From assembly GCA_034421215.1 (NCBI GenBank), contig DAOUKO010000019.1, positions 23,486 through 87,485 of the forward strand: 64,000 nt of DNA, given 5' to 3'. Below are positions 46,490 to 55,657 of this stretch, piece after piece. The stretch comes from Dehalococcoidia bacterium. Lineage in GTDB: Bacteria > Chloroflexota > Dehalococcoidia > Lucifugimonadales > Lucifugimonadaceae. Positions within the stretch are counted from its first letter, which is position 1; every line of letters starts with the position of its first letter. The position numbers and the translations under genes are program-made. The notes beneath the pieces are model-generated. The model had not been told where the DNA came from, made no database searches, and saw only the letters and a program-made list of their open reading frames with translations.

Positions 46490-47791
46490 CTATCCGGGCC
46501 AGCGCAATACGAGCACTTCTTCTCGTAGCTGCGCTCCCGTTGCGGTCGCGTGCCGAGTCCGGAACAAGTCACGCCGAACGACCTGGTACCCCAGCCGTTC
46601 GGCAGCCAGAGCAATTAACTCTCCGGTCCTGATCATCACCCGTAAGTAAGAGGCCTGATCACCGACCACGTAGGCGAGGTTGGCGCCACGCGTGAGCACC
46701 TCTCGAAGGCCCGACAAATGCTTCACCATGCCCCCGAAATACAGTTTCGTGACACGTGGGTACTGCTTCTCAAAGCCTGAAGTCTTTCCCAAACGGAGCC
46801 GCTGGTCCTCGATTTCATCTGCGATTGCCCGAACTTCCGGCAATGTTGCGAGGTGCTCGTCATCGTCATCGGACTTGTAAACGCCCCTGGTATTTGAACG
46901 TACCAAGTCCCGTTTTGTAGCTCGCAATTCGGCCCTATTTGTGACGAAGCCAAGAATGACAGATTCCAGCCTTGTTGTACGCGTGTAGTCCTTCTCATTT
47001 GGGTACGGGGGAGAAGTTATGACCGCGTCGATTTGGTTCCTGCCCAGGACTTCGTTTGACGAACGGGAGTCAGCGTGCAACGCGTTGGCGACGGCCTCGG
47101 TTTTACTTGACAGGGCCGCCAGGTCAGCCGCCATTTCGTGCACACGCTTGAGCCAATTGGCGACAACCGGGGCATCGTCCTTGGGGGACCTGACTCCCAC
47201 CTCCGGTCCGAAGTGTAAGTTCCCAATTTCTGAAGGTAGAGCGGCCGCCAGCGCGAGCAATTGGTGGTCCCTCAACTCATCTGTTCCGTCAGCCAGGATC
47301 GTATCCCGCAACACCAGGGCTTTGTGGAGAGGTAACGGGCTGATGGATCCACCGATCAGCAGCTTGGCGGCCTCTTCCGGCAATTCCCGCGGACTTGATC
47401 GGGTGTCCGAGATTCGATTCGCCGCCAAGTGGGCCACGTTGTTGGCGTCAGCGAGCAATTCGCCAGGCGCAGGGTCCCAGTTGGTCTTGACCGACGCAAC
47501 CATATGCGTAAGCGGATGGGCTTCGATTCCAACGCTGTCAATCCCCAGTTTCTTGCATTCGACCAGGACCGTTCCAGTACCACAGAAAGGGTCGAGGACC
47601 TTTTGCCCCTGACCGATTTGGAAGTGGGACAAGTAATCCCTTACAAGGTGCGGCGGGAAGGACAGCACAAACCGATACCAGTTGTGGACCGGGCGGTCAG
47701 TTACACCAAGGCGGTTAGCGTTTCCGTTGGTGAGGTCAGATTTGAGACCATCTATGGCGAACGAGGCCTGTATGTCCCGAACAACTGTCAC
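46490..47791 (-). CDS. DNA methyltransferase (N6-adenine / N4-cytosine type, SPPY motif)
   Basis: Motif I VLDPFCGTGTV and motif IV ITSPPYPNEKDY, separated by about 190 aa. GTG start. Confidence 0.75.
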   Translation of the reverse strand: MTVVRDIQASFAIDGLKSDLTNGNANRLGVTDRPVHNWYRFVLSFPPHLVRDYLSHFQIGQGQKVLDPFCGTGTVLVECKKLGIDSVGIEAHPLTHMVASVKTNWDPAPGELLADANNVAHLAANRISDTRSSPRELPEEAAKLLIGGSISPLPLHKALVLRDTILADGTDELRDHQLLALAAALPSEIGNLHFGPEVGVRSPKDDAPVVANWLKRVHEMAADLAALSSKTEAVANALHADSRSSNEVLGRNQIDAVITSPPYPNEKDYTRTTRLESVILGFVTNRAELRATKRDLVRSNTRGVYKSDDDDEHLATLPEVRAIADEIEDQRLRLGKTSGFEKQYPRVTKLYFGGMVKHLSGLREVLTRGANLAYVVGDQASYLRVMIRTGELIALAAERLGYQVVRRDLFRTRHATATGAQLREEVLVLRWPG

Positions 47792-48050
47792 CGCAAGGGC
47801 CTTTGAGTTTTCAATGTCGCCAAGATAGAACGGGGAGCCACGATCGTCTGGAAGCTGTCAGTCTGAAACTGACCCCCGTGAAGGTAGTTTCCCGAAAGTC
47901 ATGTCGGCCGTCCCAGTTCGCAGCTTGCACCTAACCCAGGCAACTGTAAAGTACCCCATGTCATTTGCCCTGCGCCTTGTAGAGCAGGACTTGCTTCGGC
48001 TGGACCGTCGTGCGTGCCTGGCTAAGCGTATCCGCAGGTAGAGTCCCGCC

Positions 48051-49526
48051 CTACCCCGCCGGGTTTTCGACGCGCCCCACGAATAGGATGGATTCCGTGG
48101 CCCGGTCCCGGATCAGGAAGATGAACGGCCGATCTACCGTGACCTTTGTTGGCTCCGGTCTCGCCGATTCCAATATCATCACCACGCCCGTAGCAGCAGC
48201 CGCCTCGGTACCCTCTTCGTCGACGGATACGAACGCCTTGTGAAAGACATCGGCGATCAGAAGACACACCCCAGGGCACGACCGGCCGTCCATCCCTGAG
48301 AAATCGGCGGTGTTTCGGTCGAACGCGTCGGGCATCCCCATCGCCTTGAGCGTATCCGCGAGGCTGAATTTTGATTCGAATTCAAATTTCGGCATGGTCA
48401 GGTCGACGTATTCACGCTCGATCTCTCCAAGGATGCCGTCGATCTTGTCCAAGTCCATCCACTCTTCGAATTCCCTGAAGGTCCCTTCATCGGGAAGCAG
48501 AATGGTCATGGACACGTCTTGGCCAACGTACGGCAACTCCACGACCTGGTATCCGTCGCCGTCGGCATAGCCGAACCGTTCTGCTCTCCCCACCTTCATC
48601 ATCGGAACTTCGACCTCGCTGCCGTCCAGCAGACGGAAGGGGCTCATGTTCGTAAAGCGCTCGTCAAACCAGTAAGCCCACCTTGCATTGAAGTAGATTG
48701 CGTTCGTGAGCACCATCCGGACTGCCGGGGTGATGGCGTCCTCGGGAATGAGATCCTGGATCCTGTCTTCGGTCTGTTCGGCCACCCAGTCATTGATCCT
48801 GATCCTCGACTCCTCGGGAGACCCCACGAAGTCCGCCGGCCGCACTCCCGCCCCGTAGTGGGTTGCCAGCACGTCCAGGAACGGATCAAGGAATTTGTAG
48901 TCGTGCTGACCCCAAACAGCGTTGACGACGTTCAGCCGGAACTCACTTTCATCTTCGCCTGTTGATACTCCACCGCGAGGAACGAGTTGGGTGTCCAGCG
49001 CGTTGATTGCGGGGTGCAACCTGTCCTGGGGCAGCGGGAAGTGGAGCGTGTCCACAAATTGGCGTTCCGTCTCACCCCTTGCGCCCGCGTAGGTCATGGC
49101 GAGCGCGACGGAGATGCTGTACGGGGAATAGAACAGGTTGCCCTCTTCTTCGGCCAGCGTCCGATAAAGGTCAAAGGCGAAGGCGCTGTTGCCATCGGCC
49201 AGTTCGCCAAGCTCCGCCGGGGTCGCGCTTGGAGAGTCGTCTCGGTTCTTTTCTGACCGTACTGACTCCGCCGTCCCGGTCGGCCGAGGGGTCTTGGTTG
49301 GCTCGAGGGTGGCCGTCGGTTCAGGAGTATCAATTGGTCGAGGGGTCGCAGTAGACTCGACCTTGAGCGTCGGCGCGGGCGTGGTGACCGGGGCGACACT
49401 CCGGTCATCCTCCGGCAGGTCCCTGGAACAGGCCATCACCGCAGCGGCAAGCGCAAGGGCCGCGATCACCGGCAGCAATATCCTGAGCATTTCGTTGACA
49501 GTTCTTCCGCCGTCTTTGGCTTCCAT
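48051..49526 (-). CDS. Serpin-family protease inhibitor, probable lipoprotein with Thr/Pro-rich linker
   Basis: LFYSPYSISVALAMTYAGARGETERQF, a hinge/RCL EEGTEAAAATGVVMILESARPE, then VDRPFIFLIRD. N-terminal LLPVIAALALAAAVMAC is a lipobox-like signal, followed by TPxPT repeats. Confidence 0.85.
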   Translation of the reverse strand: MEAKDGGRTVNEMLRILLPVIAALALAAAVMACSRDLPEDDRSVAPVTTPAPTLKVESTATPRPIDTPEPTATLEPTKTPRPTGTAESVRSEKNRDDSPSATPAELGELADGNSAFAFDLYRTLAEEEGNLFYSPYSISVALAMTYAGARGETERQFVDTLHFPLPQDRLHPAINALDTQLVPRGGVSTGEDESEFRLNVVNAVWGQHDYKFLDPFLDVLATHYGAGVRPADFVGSPEESRIRINDWVAEQTEDRIQDLIPEDAITPAVRMVLTNAIYFNARWAYWFDERFTNMSPFRLLDGSEVEVPMMKVGRAERFGYADGDGYQVVELPYVGQDVSMTILLPDEGTFREFEEWMDLDKIDGILGEIEREYVDLTMPKFEFESKFSLADTLKAMGMPDAFDRNTADFSGMDGRSCPGVCLLIADVFHKAFVSVDEEGTEAAAATGVVMILESARPEPTKVTVDRPFIFLIRDRATESILFVGRVENPAG

Positions 49527-49745
49527 GTTTGGTCTAACCTACTTTCATTGTCTCTATCACCTAGACGCACGAGGCGTTGGAAATGTTCCCTACGACGTCC
49601 TTGACGTGGTGAGGCCTGACGCGGGAACGACAGACTGGGGATTCTTAGCCGGTTGGCGTTGCCCGTGCCCAACCCGGTTTGCGGGCTTGCAACTCACACC
49701 TACGAATTCAGATTCCGCATCAGCGAAAATGAACTGGCCTTAGGA

Positions 49746-50501
49746 TCAGGCCAGCGCCCGCCGTTCTTTGTATGCGGCCAAGAGTGCGTCCCGCTGCTCC
49801 TCCGGCAAGTACCTTACGGTCTCCCTCATGGTGACTCCGGAGGCGCGATGGGTCCTCGGCGCGATCCAGCCGTACACCAACTCCGGCCGTTTCTTGCTCA
49901 CTTCGCGGAGCACCCAGCCTATTGCCTTCCGGATGAAGAACTCTTTTTCTTCCAGCATGCCGTCGGCGTAACGCGCGAGCCGGTCGAAGTCGCCCTCGCC
50001 TTGCCGAAGCGGGATGAGCAGCGCCAGCATGGCCGAGCGGCGGACCCAGAAATCGTCGTCAGTCGACCACCGGTCCAGCGTGGAATTCAGATTGGAAAAC
50101 CGCTCGACCAGCCCGCCTGCAAGGTAGATGGACAACGGGTCCACATGCGCCCATGTTTTTGCCTGGCGGATGAGTTCTTCAATGAGGGCCATGTCTCGAA
50201 CTTCGAGGAGACCGGACTTTTCCGTAAGTGCGTGGATTGCTGTCGATCGCAGTTCGTGAACGCCGGAGGCCCAACATTCGTTGGCAAAGTCAAGCAAAGA
50301 GTCGCGGTCTGAAATCGCTCCGGACCTTATGAACGGTCTGGCCGCGCGGCGTATCTCTGGTACCTTGACGCCGATAAACCGCAGATCGCTCTTCAGGTAC
50401 CGTTTTTCGTTTCGAGCGCGTTCCGGGTCCGACAACGCCCGAAGCGCGGCCTCGACCTCAGCTACCAGCTCCTTGATAGAGCCGGAGGGCTGGCCGGTCA
50501 T
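49746..50501 (-). CDS. DNA alkylation repair (AlkD-like HEAT-repeat) protein
   Basis: ERARNEKRYLKSDLRFIGVKVPEIR, DFWVRRSA and FFIRKAIGWVLREVSKKRPELV. Its ATG overlaps the stop of the upstream M20 gene (ATGA). Confidence 0.8.
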   Translation of the reverse strand: MTGQPSGSIKELVAEVEAALRALSDPERARNEKRYLKSDLRFIGVKVPEIRRAARPFIRSGAISDRDSLLDFANECWASGVHELRSTAIHALTEKSGLLEVRDMALIEELIRQAKTWAHVDPLSIYLAGGLVERFSNLNSTLDRWSTDDDFWVRRSAMLALLIPLRQGEGDFDRLARYADGMLEEKEFFIRKAIGWVLREVSKKRPELVYGWIAPRTHRASGVTMRETVRYLPEEQRDALLAAYKERRALA

Positions 50502-51856
50502 TCCGCTTCGCAGAGGTCGTATGCGAGGGCAAGCATGCAGCGCGTGGCGCTCATGAGGGAGGCAATGCCGACCGACTCGTCGGTCCCGTGTACCTTGGCC
50601 AACATCGGGTCGTCACTTGGGTGAGAGCCGGTGAACCCGTAGGTCACAATGCCAAGGTTTCGGGTGAACCTGGAGTCGGTAAAGCCGTTGCTGACCGCCG
50701 GTACCCATCGGATGTCGTCACGCTGCACCGCGAGGGCCTGCGCGCGCCGGACCGCGTCTCCCAACTCCGTTTCGAACGGCGACGAGTTGGGCACGGACAT
50801 GTAGTCGACATCGTACTCGACGTTGTCAATGCCTTCCAACACCTTGTCCAACTGCGACCTTACATAGGCCTCGTCCTGGAACGGCAGGGTCCGCACGTCG
50901 CACGTCAGTTCGAACACCTCGGGCACGCTGTTGGACTTGATCCCGCCCTTGATCATCGTTGGCGTCAGGGTCATACGGGACAGCGCGCGCAGCATGGTAC
51001 CCAGCCGCGGCGAAATTTCATTCGCCTGCTCGACGATGCCGTTGACGTTGGCAGGGCTCGCCTGCTCTTCGATCGCAAATTCGGAGAGGTAATCGAATAT
51101 CTCCAGTGAGGTGTCGAGTTCGGGCTCGTACTGCTCTATGGCCTTCAACCCCTGGGCGAGCGTGTAACTCGCGTTCGTTCCCGTCCACGGGATGGAGGCA
51201 TGGGTGCTGTCGCCCCTGAAACGGATGTGAATCTCGAGTCGGCCCTTCTCCCCCGTGCCCAGCGCGTAGACCAGCGAGTTTCCTATCTCGACCGGCGTTC
51301 CCCCACCCTCGTTCACCGCGAATTCGGACTCCAGCGACTCGGGGTGATTGTCCGCGAGCCAGCCGAAGCCCCAGCGTCCGCCGTGTTCCTCGTCCGCTCC
51401 GCTCACGAGCCTCAACCCGTGGCGCAAACGCACGTTGTTTCTCTTGAGCACGGCCATGGCCATTAACTGGGAGGTCAATAGCGCCTTGCAGTCGGAAGCG
51501 CCTCGTCCATAGACGCGCCCGCCCGAAATCTCGGCGCCGAATGGCTCATGCTCCCACTTTTCGACCTCTTCGACCGGCACAACGTCGGTGTGAGACATCA
51601 GCATCAGGCGGGTGCGCGGCAGTTCCCCCGGGTAGACCGCGATGATGTTCCCCCGCTCCGGGTCACGTGCCAGGATTTCCGACGAGATCCCCTCGTTCCC
51701 GAGCCAGTCCCTGATGTACTCGGCGACCGGCGTTTCATTCCCCGTGGGCATGGCGCCGGTGTTGACCGACGGAATGCGTACGAGGGCCTGCTCCAGTTCC
51801 ACGATCTCCTGGGTGAGACCGTCCACCTGGTCGAGCATTGATTGAAGTGAAGCCAC
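50498..51856 (-). CDS. M20-family metallopeptidase (ArgE/DapE/CPG2-like)
   Basis: LMLMSHTDVVPV, GRGASDCK and the SGADEEHGG metal-ligand motifs. Confidence 0.85.
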   Translation of the reverse strand: MASLQSMLDQVDGLTQEIVELEQALVRIPSVNTGAMPTGNETPVAEYIRDWLGNEGISSEILARDPERGNIIAVYPGELPRTRLMLMSHTDVVPVEEVEKWEHEPFGAEISGGRVYGRGASDCKALLTSQLMAMAVLKRNNVRLRHGLRLVSGADEEHGGRWGFGWLADNHPESLESEFAVNEGGGTPVEIGNSLVYALGTGEKGRLEIHIRFRGDSTHASIPWTGTNASYTLAQGLKAIEQYEPELDTSLEIFDYLSEFAIEEQASPANVNGIVEQANEISPRLGTMLRALSRMTLTPTMIKGGIKSNSVPEVFELTCDVRTLPFQDEAYVRSQLDKVLEGIDNVEYDVDYMSVPNSSPFETELGDAVRRAQALAVQRDDIRWVPAVSNGFTDSRFTRNLGIVTYGFTGSHPSDDPMLAKVHGTDESVGIASLMSATRCMLALAYDLCEAE

Positions 51857-51965
51857 TGGCGTCCCCGTATTTCCAGTCTGTTGGTTTCAGGAAGCCTGAT
51901 TTATGAATTCAGTTCGCGCTGAGCCTGAAACCTGTTCTCGATCCCGAAACGCGTCGAATGTCTTG

Positions 51966-53141
51966 CTAGCGCGAAACGTAGACGTTGCTCTTGTGGTCGT
52001 CCAACGATGGCGCCTGGCCGGTTGCGCCTGAGCCTGAACCCGGAAGCCGGCCGGCCGCGGCGTCCGCCTGCGTTCTGCGCCATGCAGCTTTCAGGTCCTG
52101 CGTGTGGCCGCGGAAATGCGGCATGACGTAGCGGGCGAACAGTTCCAGGCTGTAATTGGTCTTGTGCGAATTGACCCACTCGTGGGTCGAAAGCATAATC
52201 CCGCCGATGCCGCCAGCCTCGCGGTCGATCTCCTCTATCGCCTCTATCGCGTCATCCGGGGTACCGATCACCCAACCACGCAGGGCGGCAACCCCTTCGA
52301 CCGTGAACTCTTCGAACGGCTGCCCGGGGTACTCGGCGTAACCGGCGGTACCGCCGATCGTGGCGAAGTAGTTCGTGTCCCGCATCGCCGTTTCCCGCAC
52401 GTCCTCCCAGGCCTGTTCACGGGTGTCCGCAAGATGGAACCACGAGACCGCGCGCATGTTCTCCTTCGAAGGCGTGTGGCCGTGGTTGCGCGCCGCCTCC
52501 GCGTACACGTCCCATCGTTCGGACGGCGGCACACCGCCCGGGGGTGTTCGGCCAACCGGTGAAAGCAGGATCATCCCGTATTTGCCACCGAGTTCTATGC
52601 TGCCGCGCGTGCCGGTGGTGGCCATGCCGAGCGGCAGCCGCGGCTGCTGGTAAGACCGAAGCTGCAGGACCATGTCGTTGATCGTCCAGTAACGGCCCTC
52701 GTACGATACCGGTTCAGGCGACTCGAGCAGCTTGACGATGATCTCGATGGACTCGAACATCATCGGCCGCAGGTCCTGGATCGGAATGTTGAACAGCTTG
52801 ATGTCAGGCTGGAGGTTCGACTGGCCGACGCCCAGGATCGCCCTGCCGTTCGTCAGGTGGTCCAGGAACGCCATTCGCTCAGCCACGTGAAACGGGTGAT
52901 GGAACGGCAGGGATAACACCGACGTCCCAAGCTTGATCCTCGGGGCGAGCGCGGACGCCTTGGCCAACGCCATTTCAGGCGCAGGCATAGTCTCCCAGCC
53001 CGCGGAGTGGTGTTCGCCTATCCAGAACTCGTCGAAACCAAGGTGGTCCACGTAGGCGATCAACTCGATATCACGCTGAAACGCGAGCGACGGATTGTCG
53101 CCCGGAACGTGCAACGGCATCATGAAGAACGAAAAATTCAC
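51966..53141 (-). CDS. Luciferase-like (LLM class) flavin-dependent monooxygenase
   Basis: (V)NFSFFMMPLH..., LGFDEFWIGEHHS and a TIM-barrel LLM layout. Start moved to GTG 53141, 9 nt after GGGAGGA. The track start 53465 adds an Arg-rich extension that looks non-coding. Confidence 0.8.
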   Translation of the reverse strand: MNFSFFMMPLHVPGDNPSLAFQRDIELIAYVDHLGFDEFWIGEHHSAGWETMPAPEMALAKASALAPRIKLGTSVLSLPFHHPFHVAERMAFLDHLTNGRAILGVGQSNLQPDIKLFNIPIQDLRPMMFESIEIIVKLLESPEPVSYEGRYWTINDMVLQLRSYQQPRLPLGMATTGTRGSIELGGKYGMILLSPVGRTPPGGVPPSERWDVYAEAARNHGHTPSKENMRAVSWFHLADTREQAWEDVRETAMRDTNYFATIGGTAGYAEYPGQPFEEFTVEGVAALRGWVIGTPDDAIEAIEEIDREAGGIGGIMLSTHEWVNSHKTNYSLELFARYVMPHFRGHTQDLKAAWRRTQADAAAGRLPGSGSGATGQAPSLDDHKSNVYVSR

Positions 53142-53524
53142 GCGGTCAGGTCCTCCCACGTTTGCACCGGCCGGGAGAATCAGGTGAATGCGCCCGTCGG
53201 CATTGTTGATACGCGGGAACGTAGCACCAAGAGTGTTTGCGGTCAACGCCGCGCGGCCGCGCGTTTCACGCCGCACATGCCCGGCCGCCGTATGGACATG
53301 ATTGGGACGGTCCCGAATACAGGAACATGCGACCCCCTGGCCGCGGAAGCGCGCGAAAAGCCCTAATCCCGCCGCGGATTTACGAAGCGTTCGCCTTGCC
53401 CCTGTTGCTAGCCTGAACTCAATAATGCCCGGCCAGCGCCCGGCAGAGTGGTTGCGGCCAGGCAACGTTCGCTTGAGCGGCCGGATGTACTGCCGGCCGG
53501 CGGCGCAAAAGAGGCTGATCCGAA

Positions 53525-54571
53525 ATGTCCGTAACTTGCGATCGAGAGAATCCCAGAAAACGCGCGCTTAACCCATGGCGCAGGTTGGCTGCCGCGCTGG
53601 CCATGGCGGCCTTTGCAGCGGTCTTTGTCGCTGCGTGCGGCGGCGACGGGAACGGCGGGCAGGCGGTCTATTCGTCGAACGAGGATGGCCTGCCGGACGT
53701 TTACCTGGTCGACACGGATACCGGAGAAGTCACCCGTATGACCTCCAGCGCGGGATACGACTCCGAACCCGTGTGGTCACCTGACCGAACTCAGATCGCA
53801 TTCATCTCCGATCGGACCGGTTCGACTACGCTCTGGGTGATGAGCGCGGACGGCGCGCAGGAACAAATGCCGTTCAAGGACCTCGAAGAGGTCGCAGATT
53901 TCAGGTGGGCGCCGGATTCGTCACGCCTGGCCATGGTAATTGGGGATGATTCCGGCGGGCGCATCGTCGTGGGGGACCTGGATACCGGCGTAGTTGAACC
54001 TCTCACACTCGAAGGCGAAGTAGCATTCCTCGGCGGATGGTCCCCAGACGGCGAGTGGGTCGTCTATTCGATGCTTGACGAAGACCGTGCAGGCCTCTTC
54101 AAGCGAAATCCCAGGGGAGTCCAGGAAATACAGATCACGAGCGGCCACGACACGAACGCCCGCTGGTCTCCGAAGGACGACCTCATCGCATTCAACCGTC
54201 CGGGCGAGGACGACAACCTGGACATCTACGTTGTGACACCGGAAGGCGAAGAGGAAAGGGTCCTCCACCGGACGAACGGTTCCGAGACCGGTTTCGAGTG
54301 GTCACCGGACGGACGAAGGCTGGTCTTCGTCTCGGACTTCGACGGCAACCGGGAAATCTACCTGATGGACACAGACGGCAAGGACGAGCCGATTCGGTTA
54401 ACTCGAAATCGGGTATCGGACGACCTTCCCCACTGGTCGAAAGACGGAAAGTACATACTCTTCACGTCCGACAACGACGGCGACTTCGACCTCTACACCA
54501 TGCACCGCGACGGTACCGGCCAAAAGCGCGTTATCTCAAGCGACGTAGACGAAATCCACTTCGACTGGTAG
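53525..54571 (+). CDS. TolB-like PD40/WD40 beta-propeller lipoprotein
   Basis: Signal plus lipobox (AAFAAVFVAAC), then repeated PD40 units (SEPVWSPDRTQIAFISDRTG, GGWSPDGEWVVYS, FEWSPDGRRLVFVSDFDGNREIY, PHWSKDGKYILFTSDNDGDFDLY). Confidence 0.8.
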   Translation: MSVTCDRENPRKRALNPWRRLAAALAMAAFAAVFVAACGGDGNGGQAVYSSNEDGLPDVYLVDTDTGEVTRMTSSAGYDSEPVWSPDRTQIAFISDRTGSTTLWVMSADGAQEQMPFKDLEEVADFRWAPDSSRLAMVIGDDSGGRIVVGDLDTGVVEPLTLEGEVAFLGGWSPDGEWVVYSMLDEDRAGLFKRNPRGVQEIQITSGHDTNARWSPKDDLIAFNRPGEDDNLDIYVVTPEGEEERVLHRTNGSETGFEWSPDGRRLVFVSDFDGNREIYLMDTDGKDEPIRLTRNRVSDDLPHWSKDGKYILFTSDNDGDFDLYTMHRDGTGQKRVISSDVDEIHFDW

Positions 54572-54797
54572 CCGACGCGGCGGATCGAAGGCCCCGAATG
54601 GTGTCGTGCGAACGCCTTTTTGGGCATTCCTGAACGCAGTGAAGTTCCTCCCGACCGCCACTACTCAACACAGACTTCGACATTTCATCACACCAACCGG
54701 CGTACCAGACTAGATCCGGAATCCGGGGGCCAGGTTGGGTCACATCCAATCGCCCTGCGCCATGCCCACTCCGCTACGGGTTTTTGACGCAGGCCGG

Positions 54798-55169
54798 CTA
54801 AGGCCCGGCCTCGATAACGACGCGGCCGCCTTCCCGGACCTGAATGCTCAAGTCATGATTGTCGAGCGTGGCCATGCCAATGAGAGGGTCTACACCAACC
54901 GCCCCGGTCTCGACGTATCTCGAATTTCCGTCCCAGAGCATCGTGACACCGTACACCTCGAACGCTGCCTCGCTGCCGTCGGCCAGGACCGCTTCGCCGT
55001 AACCCACAACGGGTAGTCCCAGTTCCGCCACCAAAACCGGTGGCAAGATTAGATAGCCGTTGAACCCAGTATCGACCACGGCGTCGACTTCCCGCGTCCG
55101 CCCCGTTGGGCCTAATAGCGGAATGGTAACGACGGCTTCGAGTTGGGCGTTCACAGCCCCCTCGATCAC
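54798..55169 (-). CDS. Clan AA retropepsin-like aspartic protease, DTGF type
   Basis: AVVDTGFNGYLILP active-site motif in a 123-aa single-lobe protein. Its GTG start overlaps the upstream stop (GTGA). Confidence 0.7.
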   Translation of the reverse strand: MIEGAVNAQLEAVVTIPLLGPTGRTREVDAVVDTGFNGYLILPPVLVAELGLPVVGYGEAVLADGSEAAFEVYGVTMLWDGNSRYVETGAVGVDPLIGMATLDNHDLSIQVREGGRVVIEAGP

Positions 55170-55480
55170 TCTGCTCTCCGAATGGAACTGCCGCCGAAAT
55201 GATACAAAGCTCGATGACCGACCCGCATCAGCCAGACCTGGGCGTCCGGGTGTTGGTCCCTCAGGTCATCAGAGGCTGCAATGGCGTTCTTGCCGAGCGC
55301 ATAGCTGCCGCTGCGGATATCTATGGCGACAACTTCCCCTTGATGGTCTGTTTCGACAAGGTGGCGGATGTCCCTCTCGTAAATCTGTTTTCCGAGGAGG
55401 GCCGCTTGCTCGCGAGAACGGCGGGAGAATGCGATAGGTTCCCCTCTTTGGGTCGATTCTGCGGTTTCAGAGTCCCCCAT
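55166..55480 (-). CDS. Small hypothetical protein translationally coupled to the DTGF protease
   Basis: 104-aa ORF (…GKQIYERDIRHLVETDHQGEVVAIDIRSGSYALGKNAIAASDDLRDQHPDAQVWLMRVG…) with a 4-nt overlap onto the protease gene. I do not recognise the family with confidence. Confidence 0.5.
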   Translation of the reverse strand: MGDSETAESTQRGEPIAFSRRSREQAALLGKQIYERDIRHLVETDHQGEVVAIDIRSGSYALGKNAIAASDDLRDQHPDAQVWLMRVGHRALYHFGGSSIRRAE

Positions 55481-55657
55481 ACATCCCCATTTCAGAGCAT
55501 TGTTCTACAGTTTTCAGCCTACCACCTTGCGGACAGTCGCGACGGTCTGAGACGTTATCGGTCTCAATGTCATACCGAGCGAGGCAACACGACTAAATAA
55601 CCGCGCCACATACCATCCGGCGAAAATTCGCGCGGCTGACGACTCTGCCGGCTAGAC

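Noticed and set aside
49527-49745. Possible sixth repeat copy upstream of the serpin gene (GCACGAGGCGTTGGAAATG resembles the GCACGAGGTGATGAAAATG repeat start)
   Set aside because: Similarity is limited to about 19 nt. None of the core hairpins or the TTTCATA end follow.
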